Translations under genes and position numbers: made by a program
Shown: positions 13,123-25,974 of the stretch, one piece after another
How the letters are laid out: every line of letters starts with the position of its first letter
Numbering within the stretch: position 1 is the stretch's first letter
Notes under the pieces: generated by a model
Seen by the model: the letters and a program-made list of their open reading frames with translations, nothing else
Told to the model about the DNA's origin: nothing
Database searches by the model: none
NCBI GenBank assembly: GCA_965140705.1
Contig: OZ223302.1
Coordinates: 64,001-128,000 of the forward strand
DNA length: 64,000 bases
Direction: 5' to 3'
From: an uncultured Arcobacter sp.
GTDB lineage: Bacteria; Campylobacterota; Campylobacteria; Campylobacterales; Arcobacteraceae

Positions 13123-15431
13123 ATGACATAATAATAAGTGCCAGCACAGCGTAAAAAAGGAAGGCCAAGAAAAAACCCTATAAATGAATAAAAGTAATAA
13201 AAAGCAGCTGATAAATTAACTTAAAAATAAGCAAACAGTGCCAAAATTAAAACAAGTGCAAATCCAGGGAATAAATAAGTTCAAACATCAAAAGTGTCAA
13301 ATAATTAAACACAAGACGGAAACCAAGCTGCAACGAAATCCGATATTCTTTTTAAAAAAATTAGTGAAAGATTTTTAATCTATATGAAAAATTAATTGGG
13401 AGCTGGAGCATTTTCATCTGTTGTACAAGCTATCGACCTGCATAAGCCTAAACTCTAATTAGTAGCAAAAATAATTCTTCCCGAAAAATATAAAGGTAAT
13501 ATTCATATTATACTTAATTAAACTATATTTTTTGAAAAGATTACTACCGAAAACTTTAAATTGAATGCGAAATTGCTTGCCTAAAGCAATTTAACCAATT
13601 TACTCAGGATGGGTATCCTTATTTTTCAATCTTTCATGAGACATGTCTTACAAAAAATGCTTTCTACATTCTGCAGCCTTAGATCTTTGGGGAGAATTTA
13701 AAGATTCTTCTGGAACGAAGGAAAAGCTTTTCTTAAGATGAAGTGTTCATAATAGGCCTACAACTAGCAAGAGCTATAAAAATAATGGCCGAAAATGGTA
13801 TAATCCATAGGGATATCAAGCCAGCCAATATTATGATGAATTCTAATTATTCAATTAAGATTTGTGATCCTGGAGTGAGTATAATCCTATATGATACACT
13901 GAAGGATAAATTGAAGAAAATTATTAAGGATGGTTGGAAAAATACAAAGCCCTATACTTCGAAATGTAATTATGCAGGGTCACCTGATTATATTGCACCA
14001 GAAATCAAGGAAGGAACCTTTTCTTTAGAAGGAAAATCAGATGTTTATTCATTTTCTATTGTGATTATTGAGCTATTGTTTGGGAGGAATTCAATGAGGC
14101 AGAGGATGAAAGAATATAATGATAAAATTACTAAGGATAAAAATAATAATAATCCTATTAAATTTTTTGATGATAAGAATCAACCAGATGGGTTAAATAG
14201 TTTTTGGATTGATTTAATAGATGATACTATTTAAAAGAAGTTTTTGAATCGGCTAAATCCCTTTGAATTAGTCAGTAGATTTTATAATAAATTAAATGAA
14301 CGATCATTAAATAATCTGATTAATCTTCATTAATTATCTGCTGCGAAATAAACTGATTATTTATTATACCTATTCTCTGAATTCACCTTAAAGCTGGAAT
14401 ATTAAAATTTCAAATGGTTTGAGGAATTACGAAAAATAAAATCCAACGTGAGTGAAAATGAATAAAAAGAGTTTACTGAAAAAGAAACTATGCAATACTT
14501 TACAATTTCCGAACTCTAATAAAAATGTAATACTTCAATTAATGAATTAAAAGCAAGTTTTTCTAACATTGTTTCATCTTATTTTTACTAAATCCTTTTT
14601 TATTTTGAGATGCTTAAAGCATTTGAAGTTGACATTGTTTAAACTAAAATTAAAGCCTCATGCGACTTACAATATCAAGTATTTAAAATAATAATAATAA
14701 AACTTCTTGAATTCAGGATTAATACTTTAATGGAATCCTTACATTCTTATGATAAATCAAATACAAACTTAGTCAAGATGTATTATAATGAAGAGTGTGA
14801 GGAATTGATAGAAAATTGCAAATGAAAGAAAGTAATGGTAAAATTTACTAATTAAATCTCCCTAGTCCTTTAAAAAATAAACAAGATTAATCTTAAAAAT
14901 CTTTATGAAAATTATCCTGATTAAAAATTACATTTTTACAAAGTATAAGGAATTCAGGAGATCTTAAACCTTAAAATGTGGATCACCAACTCAAATGAAT
15001 AATTTTAGGATCTATATATTTAAGGCGCTTACTTTTTTTATTAAAGAATTATTGAATGGAATGATACAAATGAACTTGCATTTTAAAAATTAAAGATTTT
15101 TATCTTGTATTCTATCAATCTATTTGAAAATATTTACAAATTAGGAAATAATAATCAATATTTCACTAATCCTATTTCAGCATTTTCTAAGCTTTTTTAG
15201 CATTTTAATTAGGGAAAGGCTTCATTTGCATAGGATGATCATCCTATTGAACCTATCATTTGCTAGTAATTCAAAAATCTAACTAGAATCTAATAAAGCA
15301 ATTCAATTTCTACCGCAGATACTTTCTTGAGTAGTTAATAAAATTTGGAGACAGAAAATTGCAATGTGTTTGAGAAGCTGGCTTTTAAAGTAGAAATGGA
15401 GATTGAAAAAGTCAAATCAGAGACAAAATGA
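13123..15431 (+). CDS. Ser/Thr protein kinase with N-terminal AT-hook-like motif and long C-terminal extension
   Basis: MTQQQVPAQRKKGRPRK...; Gly loop LGAGAFSSV, VAK, 44-nt intron 13496-13539, HRDIKPANI, DPG (in place of DFG), YIAPE, DVYSF; frame continues through TAR codons and an in-frame TGA at 14823 to ...KSETK-TGA at 15429-15431. Confidence 0.85.
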
Positions 15432-15668
15432 AAATTATTATATCTATAAAGTTTTATTAATTTAATTTTTGTAAATAATAAATTTTGGCTTTAAATTATT
15501 TCAAATTTCATTTATTATTTTATAATTAAAACAATTTAAAAAATTGAATTTTTTTTAAAAATTTAAATAAATATAAAATTATGAATATTTACAGAAAAAT
15601 TTTTTATCAAATAAGAATTCATAATTTTTAATACTTATTAAAACCTAAAATTTCGGAAACCGAATAAA

Positions 15669-16019
15669 ATGGAGCAAAAAAAATTGATTGTCCCAGAAAC
15701 AAATAAGTTGTAAATCTCAGGATTTCACGATGTTCGTTATTTCATGTTCATGGCTAAGATCTACCTGAAGAAATTTAAAGAAGTAGAGCTCCATGCGCTT
15801 GGTGAGGCAATTTCTACTTGTGTTCGCACTGCTGATGCCTTAAAAAAACAATAGCTTATTGCAATTGAAAAAATATCAACGTTTGCTTTTAACCCTGATA
15901 AGAAGGAAGGATAAACTGAAACTGGAGAAGAAGGAAAAATGGAACGCAAAAAAATTAAGATGGTTATTAGAGTTTAAAGATCTGCTGATTTTTTGGAGAA
16001 AACTAAAAATATTGATTGA
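15669..16019 (+). CDS. Alba-family DNA/RNA-binding protein (116 aa, no intron)
   Basis: MEQKKLIVPETNKLQISG...MAKIYLKKFKEVELHALGEAISTCVRTADALKK...IKMVIRVQRSADFLEKTKNID-TGA; matches the Alba VxLxAxGxAI motif. Confidence 0.8.
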
Positions 16020-16306
16020 AGTTGAAGAAAATTTTCAAAATCCATTAAATTTAAATTACAATTTTAAAGTTCAAGTTTAAATAATTATTCTATAATTTAA
16101 ATGGTATTTTTTTTGTAACTAGTTTTCATTGCCTTATTTTCTTTTAATTTTAATGACTCTTTATTAATTCAAAATAATTTATTTCAAAAAAAAAATACTT
16201 AATACAATCTAAAAAAAGAGTATTCTTCAGAAATATATATTTCTTTAGTAATATATATTTATTATTGAAACTAATTTATATTATATAACATTATATATAA
16301 AAAATC

Positions 16307-19300
16307 TCACTATCCATTTTATTGAGCTCCATTATTATTATTATTATTAATTTTCATATTTTACATTTCAAGCATCATTACTTAATTTTTAATAATTGTT
16401 ACAGTTTCATTTGAATCTCTTTAAATTAACGAAATATCCACCTCTGTATCCTCTTCAGGAATTTATTCAAGTACTTTAAATTTTTAACTTGGCAATAATT
16501 TCACCTTTTAAGCAAAACTTTTTCTTTAAAAAAAAATAAACCTAAAGAGCTTGCAAAGCATTTTCCTACATTTCCTTATTTTCAATTTTCTTACTAATAT
16601 TCATAGCTTGCTTCATATATAATCTTAAACTATCCATTAAAGAAGGACGAAATGATTTGACAGCCAAATATCATAACAAATCCAATGAAAACAATACAAT
16701 TACCTCCAGAAAACAAGTAGAATAAAACAGGAAGCTTTATAGCATCATCCATGAGACACCCTAAACTTTACCAAAAGAACTTAAATTATTACTCACTGCA
16801 AAATAGCCTAAATAGAATAAAGAACTTAATGGTAGGATTGCAATTCAGGTTAAAAACCACCAGTATCGAGTATAAATTGCAATCTTTAAATCCACTACCA
16901 TTACTATTGAGGTAAAGTAAGTGACACTGAAACTCCAGAGATCTGAATTATAACCATCAATACTGATTACACCATATCTAAAGACACCAAAAGTTATTAT
17001 AAAAAGAATAATTGCTTAGAAAACAGCAGTGCCAACCCAGAATGCAAAATTTTTTAAATTAAAAATAGTTTTGCCTTATCCAATATAATATATTTTAGCT
17101 AAATTTCTTTAAATATAATCGCACCTTATAGTTTTTAAAGGTAAATTAAAATTCTCTTCAACAATTTCTCCTTTTTAATTGACTGTTTTTAATGTTTCAT
17201 AATGGACATCCTAATCAGTAATAGCCCTAATAGTTAAAGGCAATGCAGTAAAGAACATATTATATAAGGAAATATACCAATCATCAAATATTGTTTAGCC
17301 ACTGTAAGCACAAACAAAAGCAAAAAAAAACTAGGGAATAGTAAAAATGATATTTTTATAAAAAAAATAAAGAATCATCTCAGCAATTCTTCTATAATTC
17401 CATCGTCCATGCAAGAAGATTAACCTTCAGAGACATCTAAATTCTCCAATTGCGAAATCGCTTGCTTAAACTGCGCGCATTCCTTCATTTCCAAAGACTC
17501 CAACGCCAATATCTGCCTCTTAGATCATATTCACATCATTTGCTCCATCGCCTATTGCAAGGGTCATTTTATTTTTTTTAAGTCTGACTAATCGGACCAT
17601 TTAAGCTTTTTATTTTGGGGTACTACGACATAATACTACTGCTTCACTATTGACAGCCATTTCAAGAAATTGATCCTATAACAGTGGGTTTTGTAAAATG
17701 AGACCAAGACATTCTCCATCGACTAGTAGACCCTTTTTTTTGTTATTTTAAATGCAGAGAGAAAAAATATCTTAGAGTTACATCAGTTTAGATTGAATGT
17801 CTTGAATGTTTTTGACATCTAATTAAAGGATCTGCATTTCTTAGATAAATAGTTTGCAACTACGAGCAATATTTTCAGCTGTTTCCATTTTATCTCCTGT
17901 AAGCATTCATACTTTAATATCTTATAAACACTTCATTAAAAAATATCAATTAACTTGCACGTAAAAAATCATTTATTGTTTAAGGAACATTATCTTATAG
18001 TTTATCTTCAATAGCAGAACATCCAATTAATAAAAAATTTCTCTCAATTTGCTCTGCATATTCCTCTTAAAAAAGATATTTAATTTAAATAAGTAATTTA
18101 TTTACATATTTTTTAATCCCTGTTTTCCATATTAATAAAATTTGCTAAATTCTAATTAATTTCTTGATAATCTTCTTCACTTAAATACTTCATTCCCATG
18201 CAAAGCGTTCTTAACCCTTATTTTGAATAATCATCAATCTTAAAACGAATCTTCTATATAAAGGGTTGCTTTACTTTTCTCAGACGCTATAATATTACGT
18301 TATCCGCCCCTTTTATATACATTTTAATCACTTATTCATCCCTTACAATTACTGACATTCTCTTTCTATCGCTATTGAATTCAAAAAGCTAAAGTAATTC
18401 TAATTATTTCTATTAACCAAAAACATCCAGTTAAATAAATCCTTTAGTATTTCCAAGGTATTTATACCCAATATTCTTAGCAGCATCAACCAATGTAATT
18501 TCATCAGGTGAAGGGCCTTAATAATATATTTCATTTTCTACTTCCTCAATTATACATTCATGGCAACAAGCAATGCATTGCCAAAACTCTTTAACTAAAA
18601 TTGTAAATTCTGGGACAATTTCATCGATTTAAGTAATTCCCTTTATTTAGGATTACTCTTGTAATAAATTTTGTAATTTATCATCCTTAAAGGAAAACAT
18701 CACATCCGATTTTTCAAAGACTATTGAATCTCTTTTGCTCATTTATTTCATTGCTTTGCTAATAGTGGGTTTTCTTTCTCGATTTTCTGCTTCCCCAAAA
18801 CATTAATTTCCAATAGTAACATACCGGAATTCCATTTTATTACAAGTTAGAGTGCCTGTCTTATCGCTAAAAATATATTCAACCTAGCCTAAATCCTCAT
18901 TAATAGAACAAGACATTACTTTTACATATTAATCCTTTTCTTTTGTATACATTTCATAGTCCCAACTTAAAAAATAAGCTTAAATTACTTTCACTATTTC
19001 TAATGTAACAATTAATGAAATTGGCAGCATTGTATTTAATAATAAAACATAAGTCCAAAACACTAAAAACACATCAAATCCTTTATTACTTTCCTATTTA
19101 AGGTAATAATGCCCTGAAAGATCCTTGAATTCAAAGACAAGGAGTCCAATAACTGGAACTAAGCATAATATAAATTAAACAACTAAAATTCCAATAATAA
19201 TTAAATTAGTAATCCTTTCAATTCCAGAAACCTTTGCCTTAGCTTTTTCAGCATTACGCATAATCTTTGTATCTAATCCCGTATAAACAACCGTTCCTGC

Positions 19301-20095
19301 AATTCATTTTGTATTTCGAAGTACTGCTCCCCTCAGAAGCAATTACTTTTAATTTAATAGGATTGGCTTTTTATCAATTTCAATGCTACCTTCAAAATTG
19401 TACAGGAGTTAATCAGGTTTTTAAGCAAAAAATTTAGAATTTTCTAGTAATTCTTAGTTAATTGTTATTTAATTATTTTGCTTATTTCAATCTATGCATT
19501 CTACACTTTACTTTACTGCTGATTTTATCTTTAATGCTTTTTCGCCATCTAAACTACAGGTTTCAACAAAACAAATTCCATCAGTTTTATCACTACTTGC
19601 AAGAAGTATTAAATCAGCAGGAAAACCTTCATCACTTTAAACAATTATAATGTCTCCAACTTCGACATCTCTTCATAATTTGTCCTTTATTTTGGCTTCA
19701 TTTTTTCCTGCTTTTATTAATACTTTACATTAACTTCTATTAAGCAATTCATCAGTTTTATGTCTTTAATAATCTTCTAGTCCTTCTCTCAACATACTTA
19801 ATGATAAAACAAAAATCAATGGCATTACAGCAGTCACTGGAGTTAAAGGACTAATAGCTGGGATGCATTATAAAATAGCTGTAATCAAGAAATAAATATT
19901 CGCATACCGACGAAATTAAATTAATAAGGATTTTACAAAAAAATTGGTTGCAGTATATTTAGAAGTCTTAATATAGTTAGAAGGGAAAGAAAGGTTTGCA
20001 ATATCATCGGAAAGAGATAAAAAGAAAGTTCGCGTTCCTATTGATTAGGAAATTCGTTTGGGCTTTAAATTAAAGCATAAGCATTTTCTTTCCAT
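16307..20095 (-). CDS. P4-type ATPase (phospholipid flippase)
   Basis: [27 protein letters not shown][TGA][24 protein letters not shown] (~18845-18878), [16 protein letters not shown][TGA][33 protein letters not shown]; few short introns; probable stop TGA 16309-16307. Confidence 0.95.
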
Positions 20096-20399
20096 TAATT
20101 TTTTATTTTATTGAATTAATTTTAAAAATAGTATTAATACTTTATAAAGAATTAGTAATTTTTTTTTTCAAAATAAAATTAGAATAGCAAATAGTTTTAA
20201 AACAATTCACAAAATAATTACCCAGCATTTTAATATAAAATGATAAATAATAATAAGAAATTTTAGTACCCAAAAATAAATAGATAACTTAAAATTTTCA
20301 ATTTCTTTTAAGATAGTGAAAAAATTAAATTCATTTAAAAAAAAGGAAATATAATTTAAATTTAAATGCTTTAAAAACACACTGTGTTTATTTCTATTA

Positions 20400-21297
20400 T
20401 CACTCTTTTTTACCATTTTTTTAATCTTAGTAATCTGAAAAAAAGTGATCAGTATTGATAATTTAAGATTATTAATTGTTTTTATTGTCTATTTATCTGA
20501 AGTAATATTAAAAAATTATGAAATTATTTATTACTAAATAGTAATTTTTATAATTTCCTATGAGGCTAAATTTTCTTATTATTACTCCACTTTAATTAAT
20601 TAAATTTAAGGTTAATCTTATTTAGCAATGTAGGAATAAAATCTATTTTTAATGCTGTTTTCACTGCGATTCATTAATTTTCCAATGAAACTCCAGTGTT
20701 TACCATATTAATGTCATAGCTGATTCAGCTGCTAATCTTCTTCATCACTGAATTTGTTTTTATTTATTCCAGGCCTTAAGAAAAAATTAAAAATACAAAA
20801 ATAAATTAAAAAAATTTAATTAAAATTATAAAAACTTTCTAATCAAAAATATGAAGAGAAAACTATTTGATTTTAAAAAAAAATTAAAAAGAAAGAATAG
20901 CTATAAACCAATACCTTATTTTATTGAGATATCTCTCTCGAATCTATTTATTTAACTTATTTTCAAAGAATTATTCCAGCAATTTCCATTTTTAACCTTA
21001 CAAATAATGCAATTAAAGAAAGTTCAATCAACCATACTCATTCACCAATTCTAATAAGAGTTCATCCTATTGTTTTGTGAATTTTGCCTAAATATTTTGA
21101 TGTTATTCCCCTTTGATTTTTGACCAACGTAAGGAGCAAGATAGTGGTGATCGATTTACTAAGCAAGAGGATATGGCCTTCCAATTTTTGGCTTTATATT
21201 CAATCACTTTTTCTATTAATTTTTAATCCTCTTCTGGTGTCCAAAAATTAGTATATGGGCTTTTAATTTAGTTGTACTTTTAAAGAGCTTTTTTCAT
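20400..21297 (-). CDS. Three-repeat Myb (R1R2R3) transcription factor, dispersed copy 1
   Basis: FWTPEEDQKLIEKVIEYKAKNWKAISSCLVNRSPLSCSLRW; FTKQQDELLLELVNEYGQKW...IRERYLNKIRPGI; FSDEEDQQL...YGKHWSFIGKLMNRSENSIKNRFY; same intron positions as the copies at 50-53 kb; TGA at 20402-20400 is shared with the paralogs. Confidence 0.85.
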
Positions 21298-21613
21298 TTT
21301 TTTTAAAAAGTTTATTTATTTTTTATTTAACACTTATTCAGAGTTTTATGAAATCTGAAATCTTGTTAAATAAAATTCAAAATTATAAAAATTTTTTAAG
21401 CCAATAAATATAAATCTATTTGATTTTAAAAAAAAATAAAAAAAAAAAAAATTATGAATAAAATGAAAATTGTAATTTTATTGCAATTTTAAATTTATTT
21501 TAAAGAAAAGGAATAAATCTTTAATATTCAATACTCAAATTTTTAAATTTAAAATATTTAAACTTATTATTTTTAAAGATAATTAGCAAAATTTATACAA
21601 TTGTATGATTTTT

Positions 21614-24196
21614 TCATTTTTTTTTAAGCTTATCTAGATTGATAAACATTTTTTGTTTTAAATCATTAAATGCTGCTGGTTTTTACAATATATCTGACAT
21701 TCCTGATTTAAAAGCTGTTTTTTCTTCATTTTCTCCAATTAATGCTGTATATCCAACTATTATGCATTGACTATAATTTTCTTTTTAAATTTTCTGAGTT
21801 ATTCTTTTTGAAGCTTCAAAGCCATTCATAATAGGCATTTCGCAATCCATAACAATTAATTAAAGATTTGAAGTATTTTACTTTTCATTCAATAAAACAA
21901 AAGTATCAACTGCTTGCTTTCCATTACTTGATTTTAATATCTTAAATTTTGAGCTGATTTTTTCAAGTTAGCTTTTGAGTACAAGTAAATTAAATACATT
22001 ATCATCTACAATTAAAATATTTATTATCTCTTCAAATGAGTTCAAAACGCTTTCATGCATTAATTTAATCTCACTTTCTTAGTCCTAATTAGAAAATATT
22101 TTTGACATTGCGTCATATTCAACACAATATATTTTGTTTTAAGATATTTGAGAATAATCATCAGAATAAACCTCTCCACTTTTAATTTCTTCATTTTCTG
22201 CACTAAATAATGATTAATCCTTTTCTTTAATAGAATTATTCAAATTGGGATTTTATAAATCAGTATAAACCACAAACGAAAATTTCGATCCTTTTCCAAC
22301 TTAAGTTTTCACATTAAAAAAATTATCAGGACCAAGTAATCCAATTAATTATTTGCAAAAGTTAAGGCCTAGCCCAATACCTCCTTAATTTTTGTTTGTA
22401 TTTGTAGAAAATGTTGCAAAGGGCTTTCCTAAATTATCTACAACATCCTATTCAATGCCAGAGCCAGTATCTTCCACTGTAAATTTGACTCGGCTCTCAA
22501 AAGTTGAAGTCTTTACAATTAGTTTGATAAATCCTTAATCTGTAAATTTTATGGCATTTGAAAGCAGATTAATTAATATTTATTTTAATCTTCTTAGATC
22601 TGAAGTAATTTATAAATCCTTAGCTTTATTTTTAATAAAAAAATTGATTCCCTTTAATTCAGTCTAAATATTCATTAAATTAAACACAGATTTTAACAAA
22701 GTCTACAAATTAAATTCAGAAATTATCAATCTTAATTTATTATCCTTCATTTACGAATAATCCAAAATATCATTAATCATATTCATCAATAAATCAGTAT
22801 TCACAAGAGACATATCAAGATCAGCAATCCTCTAAGCTTTATTATTTTATTCCTTTGATTAAGTGATTAAATAATTGATTGCATTTAATGGTGTTCGTAA
22901 ATCATGTGATACATTTGCTAGTAAACGATCCTTGTATTTATCTTACTCTTGAAGTGATCTTAATTCATCCTCTTAGCTTATATTTTCTATTCGAAGTAAA
23001 AATTAGGTTTCGGAGTTCCAGACAAAGGGACAGAGACTTATTAAAAGCTTTTTATTCTAAAAAACAAAAGTTAAACTATAAGAAAATTACTGTTTAAAAT
23101 ATTCCTTGAAGTGCTAATTTATTCTCATTAATTTTGGTTTTTTTATCTTTATAATTTGCTATAAAGTCATTTATTTTCTATTACAAAGTCATAGTATTTG
23201 TCGTTATGCGATCATCATCATTTATAATTTTTATTTCGGATAAGAAATTATAAAAATTCTCGTCGGATTAGAAATTATATGTTTATTTTGCAAATTTATT
23301 TATTTCAATTAATTTCTAATAATTTTAAATTATAAAAAAATAAAATAAAAACCCAATTACAGATAGTATTAAAATTTTCTTGTTCTTAGGTATTTAAGAG
23401 GAAATTTTATTATTCACTTATTTTCCTAGAATTTTATTGAAATTTTTTCAATTATGGCTTTTTTTAAATTAAAGCTGTAAGTCCTGGAAATACTTCAAAC
23501 ATGATATATTTTCATATTTCTAAATTTTTTTTTTATATTAAATAAAGCTCTAAAAAATTTTTTCTCATATTTCTTTCTTTGTAAAATCTTGAAATCAATA
23601 ATAAAATGGACTTTTTGTATTAATAAATGACTAAAAAAAATGATTACAAAGTAATTAAATAGAAATTTATAATAATATTCTTTGGATTCATAAGAGTTGA
23701 TAGCAAATGTTGATATAATAATTTAAATAATGAACAAAATATTGGAAAAAGTAATATTAATTCCAATAAAAAACATAAGTATTTAAATGCTTCAAAAATA
23801 TAAGGAATAAGCAAAGATAAGTTCTGATGAACCTTATTACTACCAATAAAAGTAAAAAATAAAAAAATAATAATAAACATTTTATGAATAGTAAATAATT
23901 ATTCCAGAAATAGTTATATAAAACCCACCTACCTAGCAACAAGAGATTCCAAGGCTTGGTTTTTTTCAAATTAGTTAATAGAATAAAACAAGAATAATCA
24001 CTGTGCCTAGATTCGTTATAAGAATTAGGTATTCAGCTTTTACTTCACTCATTAATTGAAAACTAAAATACATTGTTTAAGCAAACACACCCAGAATAAT
24101 TGTGATCGAGAGTAAATAAATATTAGTTTTGTAATGTAATTCATCATATTTGTTTTAAACTTCCTTGTTTTCAAATTGTAGGGTTAACCAATTCAT
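21614..24196 (-). CDS. Membrane-anchored hybrid histidine kinase (HisKA-HATPase-receiver)
   Basis: Hydrophobic N-terminal segments; H-box KDRLLANVSHDLRTPLNAI (~22880-22936); RLKQILINLLSNAIKFT, VEDTGSGI, GIGLGL, GKGSKFSF; receiver ILIVDDNVFN, MDCEMPIMNG; ends LDKLKKK-TGA at 21616-21614. Confidence 0.92.
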
Positions 24197-24357
24197 TCTT
24201 TTTTTCTAACTTCTTATTTTTAATTAATAAAAAATAAAACGATTATTTGATTTTTAACAAATATTGATAGTAAATCTTAAATTGTAAAAAACAAAAAAAA
24301 TTTTAAAAAAAAATGATACTATATTTAGACATATAAAATTTTAATAATGAATAATAA

Positions 24358-25853
24358 TCATTTATTTGGTGTTGTTCCTTCTTCTCATTTTTTTTTTTTT
24401 AACTTTCTGCTAAACTCTTTAAAAGTACTATGAAATAAAAATAAAAATGTATTTGCTTACCATCTTAATTTATTAAATTCTAAATCATTCATTTTCTAAT
24501 TAACATTCTTAAACGAATATTCTTAAATTTCATTTTCAATAACTAAAATAGAAATAATAATAAAAATTAAACTATCAGAAAAAGCATTCTTATACAAATT
24601 GATTGACTTATTAGCACTAGCAAAACTGCTATTCTTATTTTCATTTCAGAATTCTTAAATACCCTTGATCCCAATACTGGACAATTTAGACTAAGAATAA
24701 TAACTAGCAGTCTCAGGTGGCATTAGATTGACAGCTAGGTTTTCCCCAAATTTTGATTATTTTTACTTATCATTTAAAAAATAAGATAAAGGTGGTAGAT
24801 CCTATTAAGATCCAGACACTTTGGAAGCAGGTGAGGCGTTTCCTGTCACTAATTTATTAGGGTTTTCAAGCTAAGGATGTTTAGAATTATGCACTGGCTT
24901 CCTTTAGCCAAAGTTTGATTAACTCTTTCAATCCCATTTAGTATCTAATGGAAAACCCTCTTGAGTCGAGATTTCCTTTAATTATCCTATTAAGTATGAG
25001 TAATCCGGTTTTTCTGTAAAGGTCAGACTCTTTGAATAAGTAATTATATTAACGAATTGTTCAGGTAAATTCTTGCAAAGTTCTTCAGGGGTAATTTTTT
25101 ATTTCATTTCTCCGACTTTTCGAGTCTTATCAGCATCTGTGCTTTGTACACTTTATCAGGGCAATGAACCCTTTGCTAGAATTATTAAAACGTAAGCAAG
25201 ACTTTCCAGATCATCCTTTCGGGATAATTCTATTCCAAGATGCGCTGATAAACTAGCATAACGTGTTGTTCCCAGGAATTACTTACCTTCTTTAAAGGGA
25301 ATGTGCTTCCCGTTAGAGTCCTTGAAATGCTTCGAAATCCCAAAATCTACTAGAAATACTTGATCACTATCATTATTTTTTCCCATTACAATATTTTCAG
25401 GCTTGATATCACGATGAGCAATGCCAGCACTATGGCAGCCCTCCAGAATTTCAATTAATTAAATGCCTAACATAATAACAGTTTTCAATGAAAATTGCTT
25501 AAGTATTCTGAGATAAGATCCCAGATCACGGCCCAATAATTGCATTACTAAAACATCATAAGCGCCCATTCTTCCTTGCCAGTAAGTTTTGCAAATGCCT
25601 CGAATGTTTTGGAGCTTTTCTACTAGAGAGGCTTCTCGAAGCACTGAGATTATTCCATCCTCGCTCTGTTGAAAAATTAAAGGGGGGAAATATAAATTAC
25701 ATTATTTTTTTCAATCTTTATTGCTATTTATTCGTTCGTTTCTAAATTTGTTCCAGAATACACTGTTCCAAATGAACCTGAATTTATTTTTTTATTTGCT
25801 TAATATATTCCATGGAATATCAGTTTTTCCTCCTCTTTGTGTTCATCTACCAT
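24358..25853 (-). CDS. Casein kinase 1 family kinase
   Basis: [79 protein letters not shown]...GSLP[TGA]Q, KPDY, DTKWD[TGA]; 3' end approximate. Confidence 0.93.
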
Positions 25854-25974
25854 TTTGACTTTGTTTGTTATAATAAAGTAAAAAAACAAAAATATTATTA
25901 AATTTATAAAAAATAAAAATTAAAGGAAATTGAATTTTGATATTTGAGAAAAAATAGATAATTGATAAATTTTC

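Noticed and set aside
21614..24196. Histidine kinase as bacterial contamination or recent HGT
   Set aside because: It uses TAR=Gln, has intron-like segments and host composition; hybrid histidine kinases are a common ciliate family
17907..25158. Internal TGA as selenocysteine or Cys (Euplotes-type)
   Set aside because: The aligned positions are invariant Trp in non-selenoprotein families, and Myb paralogs have TGG at the equivalent sites
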